DNA of 64,000 bases from Cyanophora paradoxa CCMP329 (lineage: Eukaryota > Plantae > Glaucophyta), in NCBI GenBank assembly GCA_004431415.1, contig QPMI01000428.1:186001-250000 (forward strand). The letters are read 5' to 3'. Both the position numbers and the translations under genes were made by a program. Of the stretch, positions 13,188-26,862 are shown in pieces; the first letter of the stretch is position 1; the number at the start of each line of letters is the position of its first letter. The notes beneath the pieces were generated by a model. That model had not been told where the DNA came from, searched no databases, and worked only from the letters and a program-made list of their open reading frames with translations.

Positions 13188-13372
13188 AGCCAGCCCGGAC
13201 CCGCCCCAGAAAGCCCTCATGAAATCGACAATGATTACTGAATTCGAAGCATTCAAACGAATCCGTTGCACTGGCGATCGCAATCTGACGCGACGAGAAG
13301 GCCTAGGGCGCCATCGCGGTTCCGAAGTGGGCGATCAGAGGCGCGGGGCGGGATGTCTGATCATGAGAGGGA

Positions 13373-13445
13373 TCAATATCTGAATTCGAAACGAGCCCCG
13401 CGAAGAGCGCCGTCGGCCGTCGGCCGTCGTTCGTCAGCCGTCTCC

Positions 13446-13476
<31 letters not shown>

Positions 13477-14572
13477 CGAGCGGGCGGCGGGCGGGCGGCG
13501 GGCGGGAGGGCCGCGCCTCGAGGGCCTTTGCGATGACCTGCGCGGCGTGGCTCGTGAAGCGGTTGCTGGAGAGGTCCAGGTCCCGCAGGCAGCTGCTCCC
13601 CGCCCGCCGCGACGTCGACGGGCGGCGGCGGGCCGGGCGGGGCCGGGCCGGGGGCGGGGCGCGGACGCGTTGCGGGCGAGGAGGCGGCGAGGGCCTTCGC
13701 GGCGCCGTCGCCGATGACGTTGTCGGAGAGGTCGAGGCGCGTCAGCGTCCCGTTCCCCTCCAGCCCGCGAAGAGCGCCGCCTGCCGCCCCCGCCGCTCGT
13801 AAGGCGGCGCGGGGCGCGGGGCGCGGGCGCGGGCCGCACCGCCGCCTGGTCCTCCAGCCCGTTGGAGGCGCACTCGAGCCGCGTCAGCGCTGCGCTGGCG
13901 CGGAGGCCGCCCGCCAGCGCCAGGCCGCCCTGCTTCCCCAGCCGGTTCCGCCCGACGTGCAGCACCCGGATGCGCGCGCTCCCCTGCGGGCGCCGGGCTC
14001 GCTCCGGGAGCTGCGCGGCGCGGCGGGGGCGAGCGGGGGCGGGGCGGCGCACCTGGAGGACGCGTGCGAGGGCGAGGGCGCCGGCGGCGAGCAGGCCGTT
14101 CTCCTCCACGTCGAGCTCCGTCACGGCCGCGTTCGCCTGCCGCCGGCCGTCGGCGAGGACGGCGAGGGGCGCGCCGGCGGCGCGAGCAGACCAGCAGCGC
14201 CGCGGAGAGGGTGCACATGCCCGCGGGGCCGAGTTCCGCGCGGGCGAACGACAGCTTCTCCCGCGCCAGCTTCCCCTCCATCGCCGTCAGCACCACAAGG
14301 CCCTGCGGAGCGGACGGCCGCATCGGCGCAGAAGCGCTGCGACCGAACGCACCTCTTCCCTGCATGCCTTCGCGTAGGCTTGGTAGCCGCTGGGATCCGC
14401 CCGCGACTCCGGCCGGGCTGCAGGCAGCCGGTCTGCGGTCAGAGGCACTCGTACGCACATCAATGGCGCGGGGCGCACTCTCGAAGACCATCCGCTTGAA
14501 CTCGGCCAGCTGCTGCTCCAGGCTGGCATCGTCCTCCTTCTCAAAGTGGCGCCAAGCGCCGCCTAATGCCAT
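13373..14572 (-). CDS. Leucine-rich repeat protein (RI/NLRC3-like repeats); both ends uncertain
   Basis: Repeats VTELDVEENGL, IRVLHVGRNRLGKQGGLALA, LTRLECASNGL, LTRLDLSDNVIGDGAAKALA, LRDLDLSSNRF separated by short introns. Confidence 0.75.
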
Positions 14573-15274
14573 TGCGCTCAAAATCCTTAGCTACGCTCTA
14601 CTCCGCGTCGCACATGAGACCCGGCTTCCGCGCCGCTGGACGGCACATTGGCGGCCTGGCAGGGGCGCCGGGAGCGCGGGGAGGAGCGGAACCGTTTCCC
14701 TGCGCACATGCAGCCGTAAGCTGCGTCCCAACGTGCGCCCGACGCGTCCAAGGCAGGAGAAGGCCGGCTCCCTGGGGGTACAGCGGAGCCAAACTCGCTG
14801 TTCCGGGCGGGCCCCTTTTCAAATCGGACCACCGGGCTCTCGAGCCTTTGCGAACTTCGAACTCCCTTGACCTGCCTTTCCCTTCACCGACTTCGGGAGA
14901 TCGAATTGCTGGCCATGGACTTCGAAATGCACGACGGAGTTCCAGTTTGTAGAGGAGCTTCGAATTCCAGGTTCGGAAAGCGAGTTCGAAATGCGCTGGC
15001 AATTCGAAAGGGAGTTCGGAAAGCGCGCCTCCCTTCACTGACCCTTCGAAAAGCGGGCCATTCGAATTCGAACGTGGCACGCTCCCCTCGCCGTCTCCTC
15101 CCGCGCCCGCCCCTCATTTTGCACCCGCTGCAGCGCCGTCCCATCGGTCCTTAGCAGCATCCACCTCGTCTCCCGGGCCGCAGCTGCAGCCCTCCAGCGC
15201 CGCCGACCAGCAGCCGTCGCATTCCTCCCGCCGCAGCGAACGCCAGCCAGGCGCTCGAACTTCCCTCGGCAGCG

Positions 15275-16895
15275 ATGCAGCGCCGCGTCCTTGCAGCGGC
15301 CGTGCTCCTCCTCGCGGCGGTCTCCGCCCAAGCAGCCGTCTTCGACGCGTACGCAGTCCTAAAGGTCGCTGATGCGACGCAGTTCGCTGGGTGCGCTCGC
15401 TGGCTTTCCATCTGGAAGGCTTGCCGCTTACCTCGCGCGTCCGCAGCGAGGGCCTGGTCCTCGCGAAATTCGTGAACAGCACCTCCAACTCGACGACCCT
15501 CCAGCTCTACGGCCTGCACAGCGGGATCAACGTCGTCAGCTACAGTATCGCGGGAACGACAGCAGCAAATGGGACGGTCACCAAGACGCCCTCTTCCAAG
15601 ACCCCGAACGTGCTCATCGAGACCGTCGGCAACCTCACGGGTGCGGCGTGCTCGCGGAACGACAGATCATGGCCCTGATCCTCTGCCCGTTTTGCAGGCG
15701 TCGTTTCGAACGGCACCGTTCGCTCTGGCGTGACCATCTCGCTCACGTTCCGCACCGCCAACGGCAACTTGACTCGGTGCGCGCTTGAAAGCCGACCTTC
15801 TGGTCCCTCCATCGCTTTTCCTGATGCGATGCTGCAGCGACACGACTATTTCGGGTGCCCTCACCTCCGTTCCCGGCACTTTCGCCTCGTACGCGGTTCT
15901 TCTCGGATCATCGGACTCCGGCTGCCTGCCGCCTTCCTTGGCCACGATGCTGTGGACCGCGGCCTCGACCGAGGCGCTCGCTGCCTCTGCCCAGGCTACG
16001 CTCACCGCCAGCAATGGTACGCGGCGTTTTCCTGTGCTTGGTTCTGCGACGCCTCTTGACTCATGTATGCGAATCCGCAGCCTCTGTGATTGCATCGAGC
16101 GTCAAGGGTTACAGCCTGAGCAAGGGCATCAGCGGGACTCCCACCGCCGTCTACTCTGGCGTGCTCGGCAGCCCGGCCGCCTACTTCGACTCCGTGACGA
16201 ACGCGTACCTCGCGGTCCAGACGTCCTTCTACACGAAGGCAGTCGCCGGCTCGTTCGTGCGGCCGACCGCAACGGACTTCCCCACGGCGGCGCCGCAGAG
16301 CCCCACCTGCACTTCGGTTTCCGTGACCGTCATCCTGCCCATCACCCTGGCCCAGTGCCAGGACAGCAAGACCCAGGCCGGCCTCGCAGCGGGCGCGGCC
16401 AGCACCGCGGGCGTGGACTCCTCGTCCGTCACCGTCCAGTGCGCGGCGCTCCGCCGGAGCCGCTCTCGCCGTGCGGCCCTCCAGACTTCCAGCACCAAGG
16501 TCAGCCCCCTCGTTCGCCCGCAGCTTTCGCATCTCATCGCTCATTTCTTTTTGCCGCAGGTCACGTACGTCTTCGCAAGCACCGGCTCCGTCTCCGCCGG
16601 CGCTGCGGCGCAGGCCTTCCTGCAGCAGATCGGCTGCACTGCGTGTGTCGCCGCTTTCTCGAACAACGTCGCCCTTGGCCTGGCCTCGGCCGGCAGCTCG
16701 CTCACGGTCGCCGTCACCGGGTCGAACCTCCAAATCATCACTCCGACTGGCGCTGTCGTCTACTCCACCTCGTACACGAACAACAACGGCGGCAGCACGG
16801 GCGTACCGGCCATCAGCGCGTCCGCCACCTTTTCGAATGTTTCCTTCATCTCGGCCCTCGCGACCCTCGTTTCGCTCCTGCTGCTCGTGTTTTAG
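15275..16895 (+). CDS. Secreted, probably GPI-anchored Ser/Thr-rich surface protein
   Basis: Signal peptide MQRRVLAAAVLLLAAVSAQA; N-x-T sites; polybasic LRRSRSRRAALQ; hydrophobic C-terminus FISALATLVSLLLLVF* with no cytoplasmic tail. Confidence 0.75.
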
Positions 16896-17241
16896 AGCGC
16901 ACATATGCAGGCTTTCATCGGATGCATGATACCCGCACCCTTGTTCAATCTTTGTGCAGATACGCAGTTCGCAGAGCAGCCAGTGCACAGTTTCTGTAGA
17001 TCAGTATAGCGCAGGTCTTTCGCACTTTCGTTTAAACATGTACAGCACATATCCTTGTGCTCTTATTAAATTTAACAGAACCTCTTTCGTACAATCCGAA
17101 AAAAAGATTATACATGCATGACTGCAAGAAAAGCCCAGCGGGCGCCTCGCTGCAAACACGACCGCGGGGGACCGCCTTGAGCTCGCCACTATATACGCAA
17201 TCACGTGCACGACCCGCAAATCTAGATCGGTCAATTGGCCA

Positions 17242-19394
17242 TCAGCTTGGCGCGGGGATGTGCTCAGCGATGTGCTGGAGCATGCCGAGGGCCTCCGTGA
17301 CGCTCGGCCGCTTGGCGCCCTCCAGGCGCACGCACTCCCGCGCCAGCTGCGGGGCAGGTCAGGGGCGGGGTCGAAGACGGGGTTGGCAGGGAGGAGGGCG
17401 CCTGGAGAAGGAGCACGATGGGGAGGGCGGCGGGGACGGGGCCCGCCGATTCGTCCGCAAGCTTCGTTTCGAACCCCGCGTGGCTCCGCGCCTCCTGCAG
17501 CAGGACGTCAAAGGGGGCACCCTGCAAGCCCCCGGGATGTGATGAGAGTCGAGAAGGGGAAGCGCGCCTCAACGACTTGGACGAGGGAGCGCGGGCGCCG
17601 TTTGGGGGCGTACCCCCGCTCGCCAGTCACGGCCTCCATGATCATGACCCCGAGGCTAGGGGGCTGGGGTGAGCGCCGGCGCCGGCGGGGGCGCGGGCAG
17701 GTGAGAGGGCCGCGGGGCGCGCACCCGTAGACGTCGGACTTGGCCGAGTAGACGCCAGTGGTGACTGCCCGGGGGCGTCAGGCGCGCCGGGGGTACGAGC
17801 AAATGCCAGGGCGGGGGCACGCGCTGTACTCGGGATCCGTGTAGCCGATTGGGGTGGAAAAGAAGCCCGTGGCGTACTCGCCGCTCTCTTTTGGTGGAGG
17901 GGGGGGGACAAGGAATGAGGGGGTACGAGCGGGCGCGGGGAAGGCGCGCGTACCCTCGAGGAGGGCGGCAAGGCCGAAGTCAGCGATGACGGCGCGGCCG
18001 TCGGGCCGCACGAGGACGTTCGCGCTGCGCAGGTCCCGGTGGATGATCGACTTCCCGTGCAGGTACGCCAGGCCCTCCCTGCCCGCCCCCGCCCGCAGTG
18101 CGCCCGTTGGACTCAGGGCGGGGGCGGGGGCGGGGGGGGGGGACGGGCGGGGTGCGAGGAAGGGGGGGGGGGTGGGGATGGAGGGCAGGGGGTACAGGGC
18201 GCACGCGACGTCACAGAGGATGCGGATCCGCTCGTGCCAATTCAGAGGCCGCGGGGCGGCTCTCTCGCCGAATCCCAGCCATTCCTGCAGGGGCGGGATC
18301 GCGGTCAAGGAGGCACTGCACAGGGGAGAAGGAAGGGGAGGGTAGGGAGCCGGGGGGGGGGTACATGGGCGCGCCTCGACGGTGTAATCGCTGATGTACT
18401 CGTACACGATGCAGAGCGTGCCTGCGCGCGGCGGAGCCTCAGGGAGCGGCCGCGGGCGCCAGCGAGGGGGAGGGGGGTACGCGCCCTCGGGAAAGGTGTA
18501 CGTGGTCTGCTTGTTGGTCGCGGGGAAGGCGCCGGAAGCGCGGGCCCACCCGAAGCAGCCGACGACGTTCGCGTGCGCCACCCGAACGATTGTGTCGACC
18601 TCGCGCACCTGCGCCCCGGAAGCGGCGCGCGCACGAGCGCGGTCCGACGGTTAGCTGTGATGGGCCGTGCCGCGGAGGGATCGCAGGCGAAGGCACCATC
18701 AGTTCGTCACACGGCGACTTGAAGACTGCGCGCGGGCTCTGTTGGCGCCGGCACGGGTCCAGGCCGCGGGGCCGGGGACGGCCGCATCGGCACCTTTGAT
18801 GGCGACGTCGCGCCCGTCGGGCAGGCGGCCGCGGAACACCATCCCTGCGGGCTGCACGGTCAGCGGCGCCGGCGCCGGGCGGTCGGCGGGCGACCGCGCG
18901 CCGAATTGCCCCTCTCCGAGGAAGTTTGCTGCCACGAAGTTCCTGCGGGCCCCGGCGCTCGATGTGGGGCCGGTGCCGACCAGCGCGGCGAGCGCGGCGC
19001 CAGCTGCAACGCCTATAGCCACTCACCCGGCGGCCGCGGCTACTTCTTCGAACGCGAGCTTCTTCTCGAGCTCGGCGAGCTTCAGGCTCGCCGTTCGTGG
19101 GAGGGACGGCCTCGACGACGCGCTGGCGATGCTGCTCCCCGAAGAAGCCTTTGAGAGGGATGCGCTGCTCGTGCGCGCCGCGCTGCGTCCCATCAGTGGC
19201 GGGCGCGCTGCTCGGCGGGCCCTTCTCAGCGGCGGGCGTGCGCACGAGGAATTGGATCCCACCGAGGCGACGGGCGTCACGTAGACCGGTAAGCTCGCAG
19301 CATGGGGGCTGGGGCCGTGCTCGCCCTCGAGCTCGGCTGGGCCCTCAGCGCGTCGTTTGCCCAGCGCTGTCGACGAATCCGATGCGTCGTTCAT
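17242..19394 (-). CDS. Ser/Thr protein kinase, IRAK/RLK-Pelle-like (receptor-like cytoplasmic type), multi-exon
   Basis: [112 protein letters not shown]..KRPS. Confidence 0.9.
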
Positions 19395-20504
19395 AACCAA
19401 GCGCTACGATCGGAACTGCTAATACGTCGCAGCTGGGCGCCGAAGCAGGTCAAGCGCGCGGCCGGCTGTACCCGTGCGGCAAGCCGCTTCTCAAGCCGCG
19501 GCAAGCCGCGTCAAGCCGCTGCAGAGGCGCTGTAGGGAATCAAGAGATGGGCAACGAGAGCAACAGCAGCTGTTCGCGCATGCGAAGCGCTAATGGGGAG
19601 CGGCAGCGGGCAACTGCAGCTGAGCTTGCGTACGTATATATACGTGTTCGCGCAAAGGTGGCGAGTGCACAAAGGCAGCAAGATCGTGCCTTAAGCTTCC
19701 TGCAGTCCGCCTCCTCGGCAGGCAGTCATTCGCATCTTGAGGAGTCAGCCTTGCCCGCTCCCAGCGCTCCGGGTCTCCCAGCGCTCCTCGACACGTGTAC
19801 ATCGAATGGGATCCGCGCCCTCGCTCCAGCTGCAGCTGCAGCACGATCCAACCAGTCCCACAGCTGCTGGTATACGTAGGCGGACCGGACCAGGAGCCTC
19901 GACCGCGATGCCGACGCATGCGGCCGCGTGCGCTCGCTCCTCGCGCGGCGCCGGCACGAAGAGCGCAAGCGGCGGCGCCAGGCTACCCCGCCAGCGTCCT
20001 CGGAGCGCATTCGGAGCCCCAGCCCGACGCCCAAATTCCGCATTCCGAGGTTCGAGATCCCCGCGGCGGCCGCTGGCGCCGAGTCGGCCGCGCCGCGCCC
20101 TACGTATACCTCGCGGCTCGCTTCGGCGGATCGCGAGCTGGACTGCTTGATCGAGGTTCGGATTCGCCCTTCGCCGCGCATCCCAAGTCCAGATCAAGGT
20201 CTCACGCGACCCCGCAGCCCCTGAGCCTGGAGGCCGGGCCGAGCGCGCGCGAGGATGACGACGACGAGGCGGGCGCCGGCGCCGGCGCCGGCGCGGCGGG
20301 CGTCGTGGCGCATCGTGCGGCCCGCCACCGCGACGCGATTGCCGCCGCCGGCCTCCTCCTCTCCCGCCTCCCGAGGCCCGCGCGGCTCCGTCTCAGCGTG
20401 CGCCCTGCGCATGCGGATCCCGTGCCCCCTTCCCTCGCTCACCCAGTGATCCATGCGCGCAGCCCGCGGGCGGGTCGCCGCCCTCCACCCCCGCCCCCCT
20501 GGAG

Positions 20505-21830
20505 CGCTGGGGCGCCGTGGTGCCTCCCGCCTACCTGGAGCTTCCCTCGCTCCTCCCTGCGAGCTCCGAGTCTGGCGGGTCGCGATCGTCGGAGCTCGAG
20601 GATTCCGAGCCCGAGGACTCGGGGGCCTGCACATGCGTGCGCGCGGAGTCGACGTTGCAGCCGCCGCTGGGCCTGCTGGGCAACCGCCTTGCCTCGTGGG
20701 CCTGGGCCGGCCCCGCCGGCCCGTGCCGCCCCCTCCCGGCAGGCATCAGGGCGTGAGGCCCCGTGCCGAGATCTGGAAATAATGCGATCATCGGAATGTG
20801 ATCATGATCAGAATAGGTCGTTGAGAAGCAGCTGCAGCTCTTCGTGCAGCTCTTCATTTCTGCGATTGTGCAGTGAAAGACATTCGAATTCCCCAATATA
20901 TGAATAGTTTGTGTCGCGGGCGATGGCAAGACCAAGTCTGGCTAGAGCTTGGCCGGCGCCGGCTGGGCCGGGCGTAGTCGCCGGTCGCGACTTGGCTTGG
21001 TGACTTTCGGGCGCAGCCGAATGATTTTCGGTGCAGCGGTTGTTGGGGTTCGGAACCCAAGTCGGAACCCAATCGGGATCCTAGACCCGTGAAAGTCCTA
21101 GAAAATACTTGCTAGTTAAACGTTTGCAACGCGGGCTAGAATAAGTAGCCGCTGACCTGCCAAAGTTGTCATTCTTTGTGAGGCGCACAGCCTCGAAATA
21201 CTAGCAGCGAATTCGAAACTCTGCCTCTCTAGATCTGCGGCTGCACCTTGCCTTTGCAATTTGCAATTGGGAGGGCCTTGCATTGAATTGCACTACTAGC
21301 TGGGATCGCATCTCAGGTCTGTTACTACTCTGTTATTAGGCCTCTGGTTAAAACCCCTAGACTATATCTGGGCCTTGCCCGGATTTAACCAGACGCTTAA
21401 TATTTGCAGTGGGGTATTTTCGCTACAGTCCGCTGTTTTTGCCCTGTGTGCAGATCTAGACAGGAGGGTGGTGGGGGGAAGGGGGCCGTGCCCGCGTTCT
21501 ACCTGGAGCTGCCGTCGCTCCTCCCTGCAGCTGGGAGCTCTGAGTCTGGCGGATCGCGATCGTCGGAGGGTGGCGAGCCCGAGGGGGGGCGGAGTTGGCG
21601 TTGCAGCCGCCCCTACGCCTGCAGCTGGGCCTCCGCCTCGCCTCGGGGGCCTGGGCCGGCCCCGCGGGCCCGCGCCGCCCCCTTCCGCGGCCGGCAGGCA
21701 TCAAGTCGTGATCGCGCGATCATCGCGATCGCGATCGCATTGCCGGATTATATCGAGGAGAATTCGAAGCAGCGATTCGCGATTCGCGCATGCCATGATG
21801 CGCAGTTCTAGGTATTTCATTGAATTCCCT
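20505..21830. repeat. Diverged local direct duplication (~20505-20900 and ~21478-21830)
   Basis: Shared ctacctggagct..ctccctgc..gagtctggcgg.tcgcgatcgtcgga..gggcctgggccggccccgc..ggcaggcatca in both copies. Confidence 0.8.
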
Positions 21831-21965
21831 GTTTTTTTGCCTTGTACATGTGGCAAATAGCTCTGCACGTGCACTAGATATCGATGTATAGGCAATTTGT
21901 TCGTGAGATAAATCCATGCATATGATCATGATCGACATCGATATCAAAATCCTTATCAGCTGCAG

Positions 21966-22313
21966 TTGCTCGCGCAGGTCGACTCGGCGACCCCGGCCCG
22001 TGACGCGCGTCGAGCTCGTCCGCCTCCACCCGGTACCCCCCTCCTTCCCCCCCCTCCTACCCCTCCCCCACTAACGCGCTCTTTCTCTGCAGATGTACCT
22101 TCCGGCGGCGACGGCGGCGGGGTCGCCGGCGCCGCGCCCCAAGGAGCTAGCGGTCGCCAACCACATGGCCATGGCCGGGGTACCCGCCTATAGCTACGTA
22201 TACCCCCCGGGGCCCGCCCCTACCCCCTACCAACGGTGCCCCCCCCCCCCCCCCCCCCGCGGCCGCTTCGCCCGCGCGTCCGTCTCTCCCTAGGCCTTAA
22301 ACGCTTCCCCTTC

Positions 22314-22346
<33 letters not shown>

Positions 22347-22855
22347 CTCGTCTCGGGACTTTTAAATTCGTTCGGCCGGGGCCGGGGCCGGGGCCGGGGC
22401 CGGGGCCCGTTAGCGCCGTCACTCTCATCAGCGCCGTCGCCCTCGGCGGTCAGGTGAGCCCGCGCCCGAACGGCGAAAGGGACCCGCGGGAATCGAACCC
22501 GCGCGCCCCGGCAGGGCCCGGAGCAGCGGGGGGCGGAGCGACATTACGCGGAGCTGCGCCTCGCCTCTCTCGAGCGCCTCCGCCTCTACCTCCTCTCCCG
22601 CCCCGCCCCGCCCCGCGCCCCGGCCCCGGCCCGCCCCCGCCGCCCCGCCCCCGGCCCGCCTCGAGCTTTGCCGCCACCGCCGCCGCCGCCGCGCGGCAGC
22701 TGCCGCCGGGCCTGCGCCCGGCGCAGCGGGCGGGGCCGGCGGCCCCCGCGGCGGGGGCGGCCCCCACGGGCTTCGCCCTCTCGCTGGGCGAGGCGGGGCT
22801 CGGGCGGGGCTCGAGGTACGCCCCGGGGCCCCTCCGCAGGGCGCCCCGCCCCTAG
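21966..22855 (+). CDS. Possible short spliced low-complexity hypothetical gene or gene fragment
   Basis: C-rich intron-like segments with ctaac branch site and ctgcag acceptor (22092); exon-like frames end at TAG 22855; no recognisable domain. Confidence 0.3.
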
Positions 22856-23062
22856 CCCCTGTCGCAGTGTCCGCAGCTGTCATTTCTAGAATAATATTAA
22901 GATTTATTTCATTACGGGCTCCATACCATCGCTTTGCGCCGAGGATGAAGTCGTGAAATTTAAAACCTACGTACGCGTAAACGTGTACCGTAGTATTACA
23001 GGCTAGCTACATGCCGTAACACACGGCAAGCGTTATACATAATTACGTATACTATAGCTATC

Positions 23063-23288
23063 TTTTCTTTTGGTGAACTACCGGCACAGTCGACGTCTCT
23101 CTCTCTCTCTGCCCAGGGGGCACAAAAGACTAAGACCCCTAGGCAAAGCAACTCAGCAACTAACTTAGTAAAACAAGAGCATGAAGAACGACAAGACAAA
23201 GAGCCAAAACCGACAAGAAAATTAGTAAAGAAGAAAGACACAGAGACAGATCTAGAAGAGACGACAAGTGAACGAGACTGAGCAGATC
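23063..23288 (-). mobile_element. 5'-truncated, diverged 3' end of the LINE family
   Basis: Degenerate polyT then ggtgaactaccggc, gcccagggggca and agacaaagagccaaaa.cgacaa match the reverse complement of 57850-58043; 15-bp TSD tatactatagctatc at 23048-23062 and 23289-23303. Confidence 0.85.
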
Positions 23289-23392
23289 TATACTATAGCT
23301 ATCGATATCATATATTTAGCTATTATATAATTTTATCACACGCGATCGATATCGCGAGCGTTGGCGTCGTCAAAAGCTACCGTAGTACGAGG

Positions 23393-26300
23393 CTACGCGG
23401 CGATGGCGAGGAGGCCGGCGATCGCGGCGAGCTGCAGGGCGGCCCCGAGCGCGGTCGAGGCGGCGCGGGCGCCGGTCGAGGGCCAGTACGTGTCGGAGCC
23501 GGAGGTCAGGCCGGCGCCGCCGGCGATGGCGGCGTACGGGCCGAGCTTGAGCGAGCGGTCGGCGACGGCCGCCTGGACGGCGTCGGCGAGCTCCTTGCCC
23601 GTCTTGTACGCGCCGCCGGCGCCGAGCGAGACGGCGACGGAGAAGCCGCCGCCCGTGCAGGCGATGGCCGTCACGGCCACCTGCGAGCGCGAGACGGGGC
23701 CCTTGAGCGCGTTGATCGCCGCGTAGAGCGCGTCCTCCACCTGCGCGAAATACGATTAACGGCGGAAAACAGTTCTCTTATGCATGATGCCCAAGCTTGT
23801 GTTTAATTTAGCTCAGCAACGGGCGCTGAGGCGCACGGTGAGGAGGGTGTTGGAGCTCATGTGTGCGTCGCACTCGGCCTGCGTCGACTGGAAGCGGATC
23901 GAGGCGGGGGAGGGGGACGCTTGCACGGCGGCCGCGGCCGCGACGGGCGGCTCGTACGTGAAGGTGCCCGGCGCGTAAACCTTCACGACGGGATCCGCGA
24001 TGCCCGAGGCCTTCGCCCCGTTGACCTGCGGGCGATGGACGCGAATTGTTGGTCGATAATTATAATTATGTAACGAATTCCAACACCAGTGCAAGCTTAA
24101 GTGCGAGCGCGGTTAGACTCGAAACCGCGCTCACGGTGACTTGGCCCGAGTTGACGGCCGTCTTGAGCGCCGTGAAGAGGGCGGAGGCGCCGACGGAGCC
24201 GGTCGTGCCGCCTGTGGTGATCTGGTCCCGCACGACGACGCCGAAGGCGCCCGTCGTCGCCAGCAGGCGGCGGGCCGCCTTGCGCCTGCGAGGCGTTCGA
24301 TTTCAACTTTGAATATAACAATTATAATTAAGCGACGATTCTAAGCGGCCCGCGCACGAGCTCTTGCAGTCGGCGTTGCCGACGGTGATCATCGAGTCGT
24401 CGAACTTGTCCTTGTCCGAGCGGCCGTTGTTGAGCGTGTCGAGCAGGCTCTTGCGCTCTTTGTTCGGGTTGAACGAGTTCTTCCAGTCCTTGCACTGCCC
24501 GGACCGCACAATGTTAGGAACAAGTGGACAATATCACACTCCGTCTTTGCAAATGGACGGACCCTGCTCTCGGTGTCGAAGCTCGTGGAGACGGTGGTGG
24601 ACTGCTCGGTGACGTTGGACTTGACGACCACCTTCGACGTCGGGCCGGTCACGCCGGCCGCCATCGCCGCGTCCGGGGCCGCGCCGGCGCCCGTCGAGCT
24701 CGAGTTGGAGCTCGAGGCCGCCGCCGGTGCGGGGGTCGGCGTGGCCGCCGTCCCCGCGCCCGACAGCGGAGTCGGCGCCGGCGCCGGCGTGGGCGCGGGG
24801 GCGAGGACGGGGCTCGAGGGCGCCGGCGTGGGCGCCTCGGTCGCCGCACTCGGGGAAGGCGACGGGCTCTGAGAAGGACGATCGCGATCGCGAGAAAGTC
24901 GGGATCAGAGCCGCGCTTAAGCTGAAGTCATGCAACGAGGCACGCACCGGGGTGCTGGTGGCACTCGGGCTGGGCGACGGACTCTGAATATGCAAGGAAG
25001 ACAGTATCAGATCTCGAGTCTCGCGCGGGGAATATACATGCACAGTAACAAGCTCAGCGGCTTTATAATATATAATTAATTTGACAAGCTTGATTTACGC
25101 GACGTCGACGAGGGCACGCACCGGGGTGCTGGAGGGGCTCGGGCTGGGCGATGGGCTGGCCGACGGGCTCGGGCTCGGCGTGGGGAATGCAATCGTGGTG
25201 TTCAGGCGGTGGGCGAAGATGAAACCGGCTTTTGCGTTGTAAAAAGAGCCTAGCTCATTTCCGCTGTCCATGCGCATTCTCGCCCAAGCGGAGTAAATGA
25301 TGGGGTGATCGCGCGTGCCTATATCTGTGAGCGCCGGAAACGGACGGATCTCTTTTATATCCACAAATGGTTCTTCTGTCGTGAGCTCCACCCCGAAAGG
25401 GCTGAACAATGGAGCTTCAGTACCAGTCTTGAAAATAATAAAAGGCTCGCAGTTCGGAGCTGCAAGCGCCGACGCACTTGGCAGCGGACTCTATCCTCTC
25501 GCCGGCCACTTCGTTGCCGGAGGCGTCGTACGACGCGATGAACCTCTTCATCGCAGACTCCTCAATTTGAGCAACGAGCCGCCACGGGCCGTGGCTGCGC
25601 CGATCCACACGTGCACGTGCACGTGAGCATCGATCCCGGGGAAAACGATACGCAAGCGCACGTAGTTTTCACGATGGCGAGCCCGTGGACGTAGGGGGCC
25701 GCTGAGCCCGCCGCCGGGAATGTCGTAAAGTTTGAGACGACGGTGGAGGATGCACCGATCACAACCTGCGCACGCGCGTGCGCGTGGTCTAGAGGTGATT
25801 GAGCTGCGAATGCTTACGGATCCGGAACGCACCTTGACAATACGGGATGGGAGACCGTCGCCCACTGCCCGCAGGCCCCGCCGATCCGCAGGAGGCACAT
25901 ACTCGCGGACGCCGGCGTAGACGTGGACGGAGGAGCCCACAGCCTCGGCTACCAGCGAATTCGATGCTACTCTGCCCATGTTGTCAGAGGAAGAGCTGGG
26001 TGCGAGAGCCGCAACAAACGAAGAGCTTCCCCCTGAAAAGACCGCTTGTCAGTAATTACATAATTGCAAACAATCGATATCAGGTTCAGGCACGGAAGCC
26101 CAGCACCTGTAGACGGGATGGTGAAAAGGACGACGCTGTGCTTTCCGGCCTCGCTGTCCGTGAATTGACGAAGGCGCCGGCTCCCGCGATTTCTCGCAGG
26201 TGTATTACAGGTACATCCCGAATCCGGTGCTAGAACGCGCTTCGCGAGGACATAAATCTTGCCCGCGTGGTAAGTCATGGATCCGTATCCGTTCGCGAAG

Positions 26301-26758
26301 TATACGTATGCACTGGTGCAGGAGGCCGAAGCCGGATCCGGACACTCAGAGTTGGCGCTCCACAGAGTTGTGACCTCCGAGGTCGCAAGATTCAGGTAGC
26401 CGATGTACAGCCCATCTCCTATCATCCAGAAAAGGCCGCTGCTGGAGTTGGCGTGTATTGCGCGCACACCGCTGCGAAGGCGAAGGCGTCTTAGCTTAGA
26501 CTTCGCAAATAAAGACAATTTTCAGGATCACCTGAATGATGTTTCGTTCGCAGATTTAGTTGAGCCTACATTGGGCGGACCGGGCTGGTCCAGGTGGTAA
26601 CCCGCAACTGCTTGCGAAGAGCAGCTGCTGTTCACCCTGGAAATGCCAAACCCGTCCCCCACGTAGAGGTATCCTGCCGATCGACGCGCGCAGGCGGCGC
26701 GTAAGTGCCTGTTACATCGGTGAAACTCCTAGATTTGCAATTGTGCATCGGTATCTGC

Positions 26759-26792
<34 letters not shown>

Positions 26793-26796
26793 CATA

Positions 26797-26862
<66 letters not shown>

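Noticed and set aside
3676-14900. Many long Arg/Gly/Pro/Ala-rich ORFs in the ORF track
   Set aside because: They are shadow frames and intron read-through caused by high GC; the real genes are spliced.
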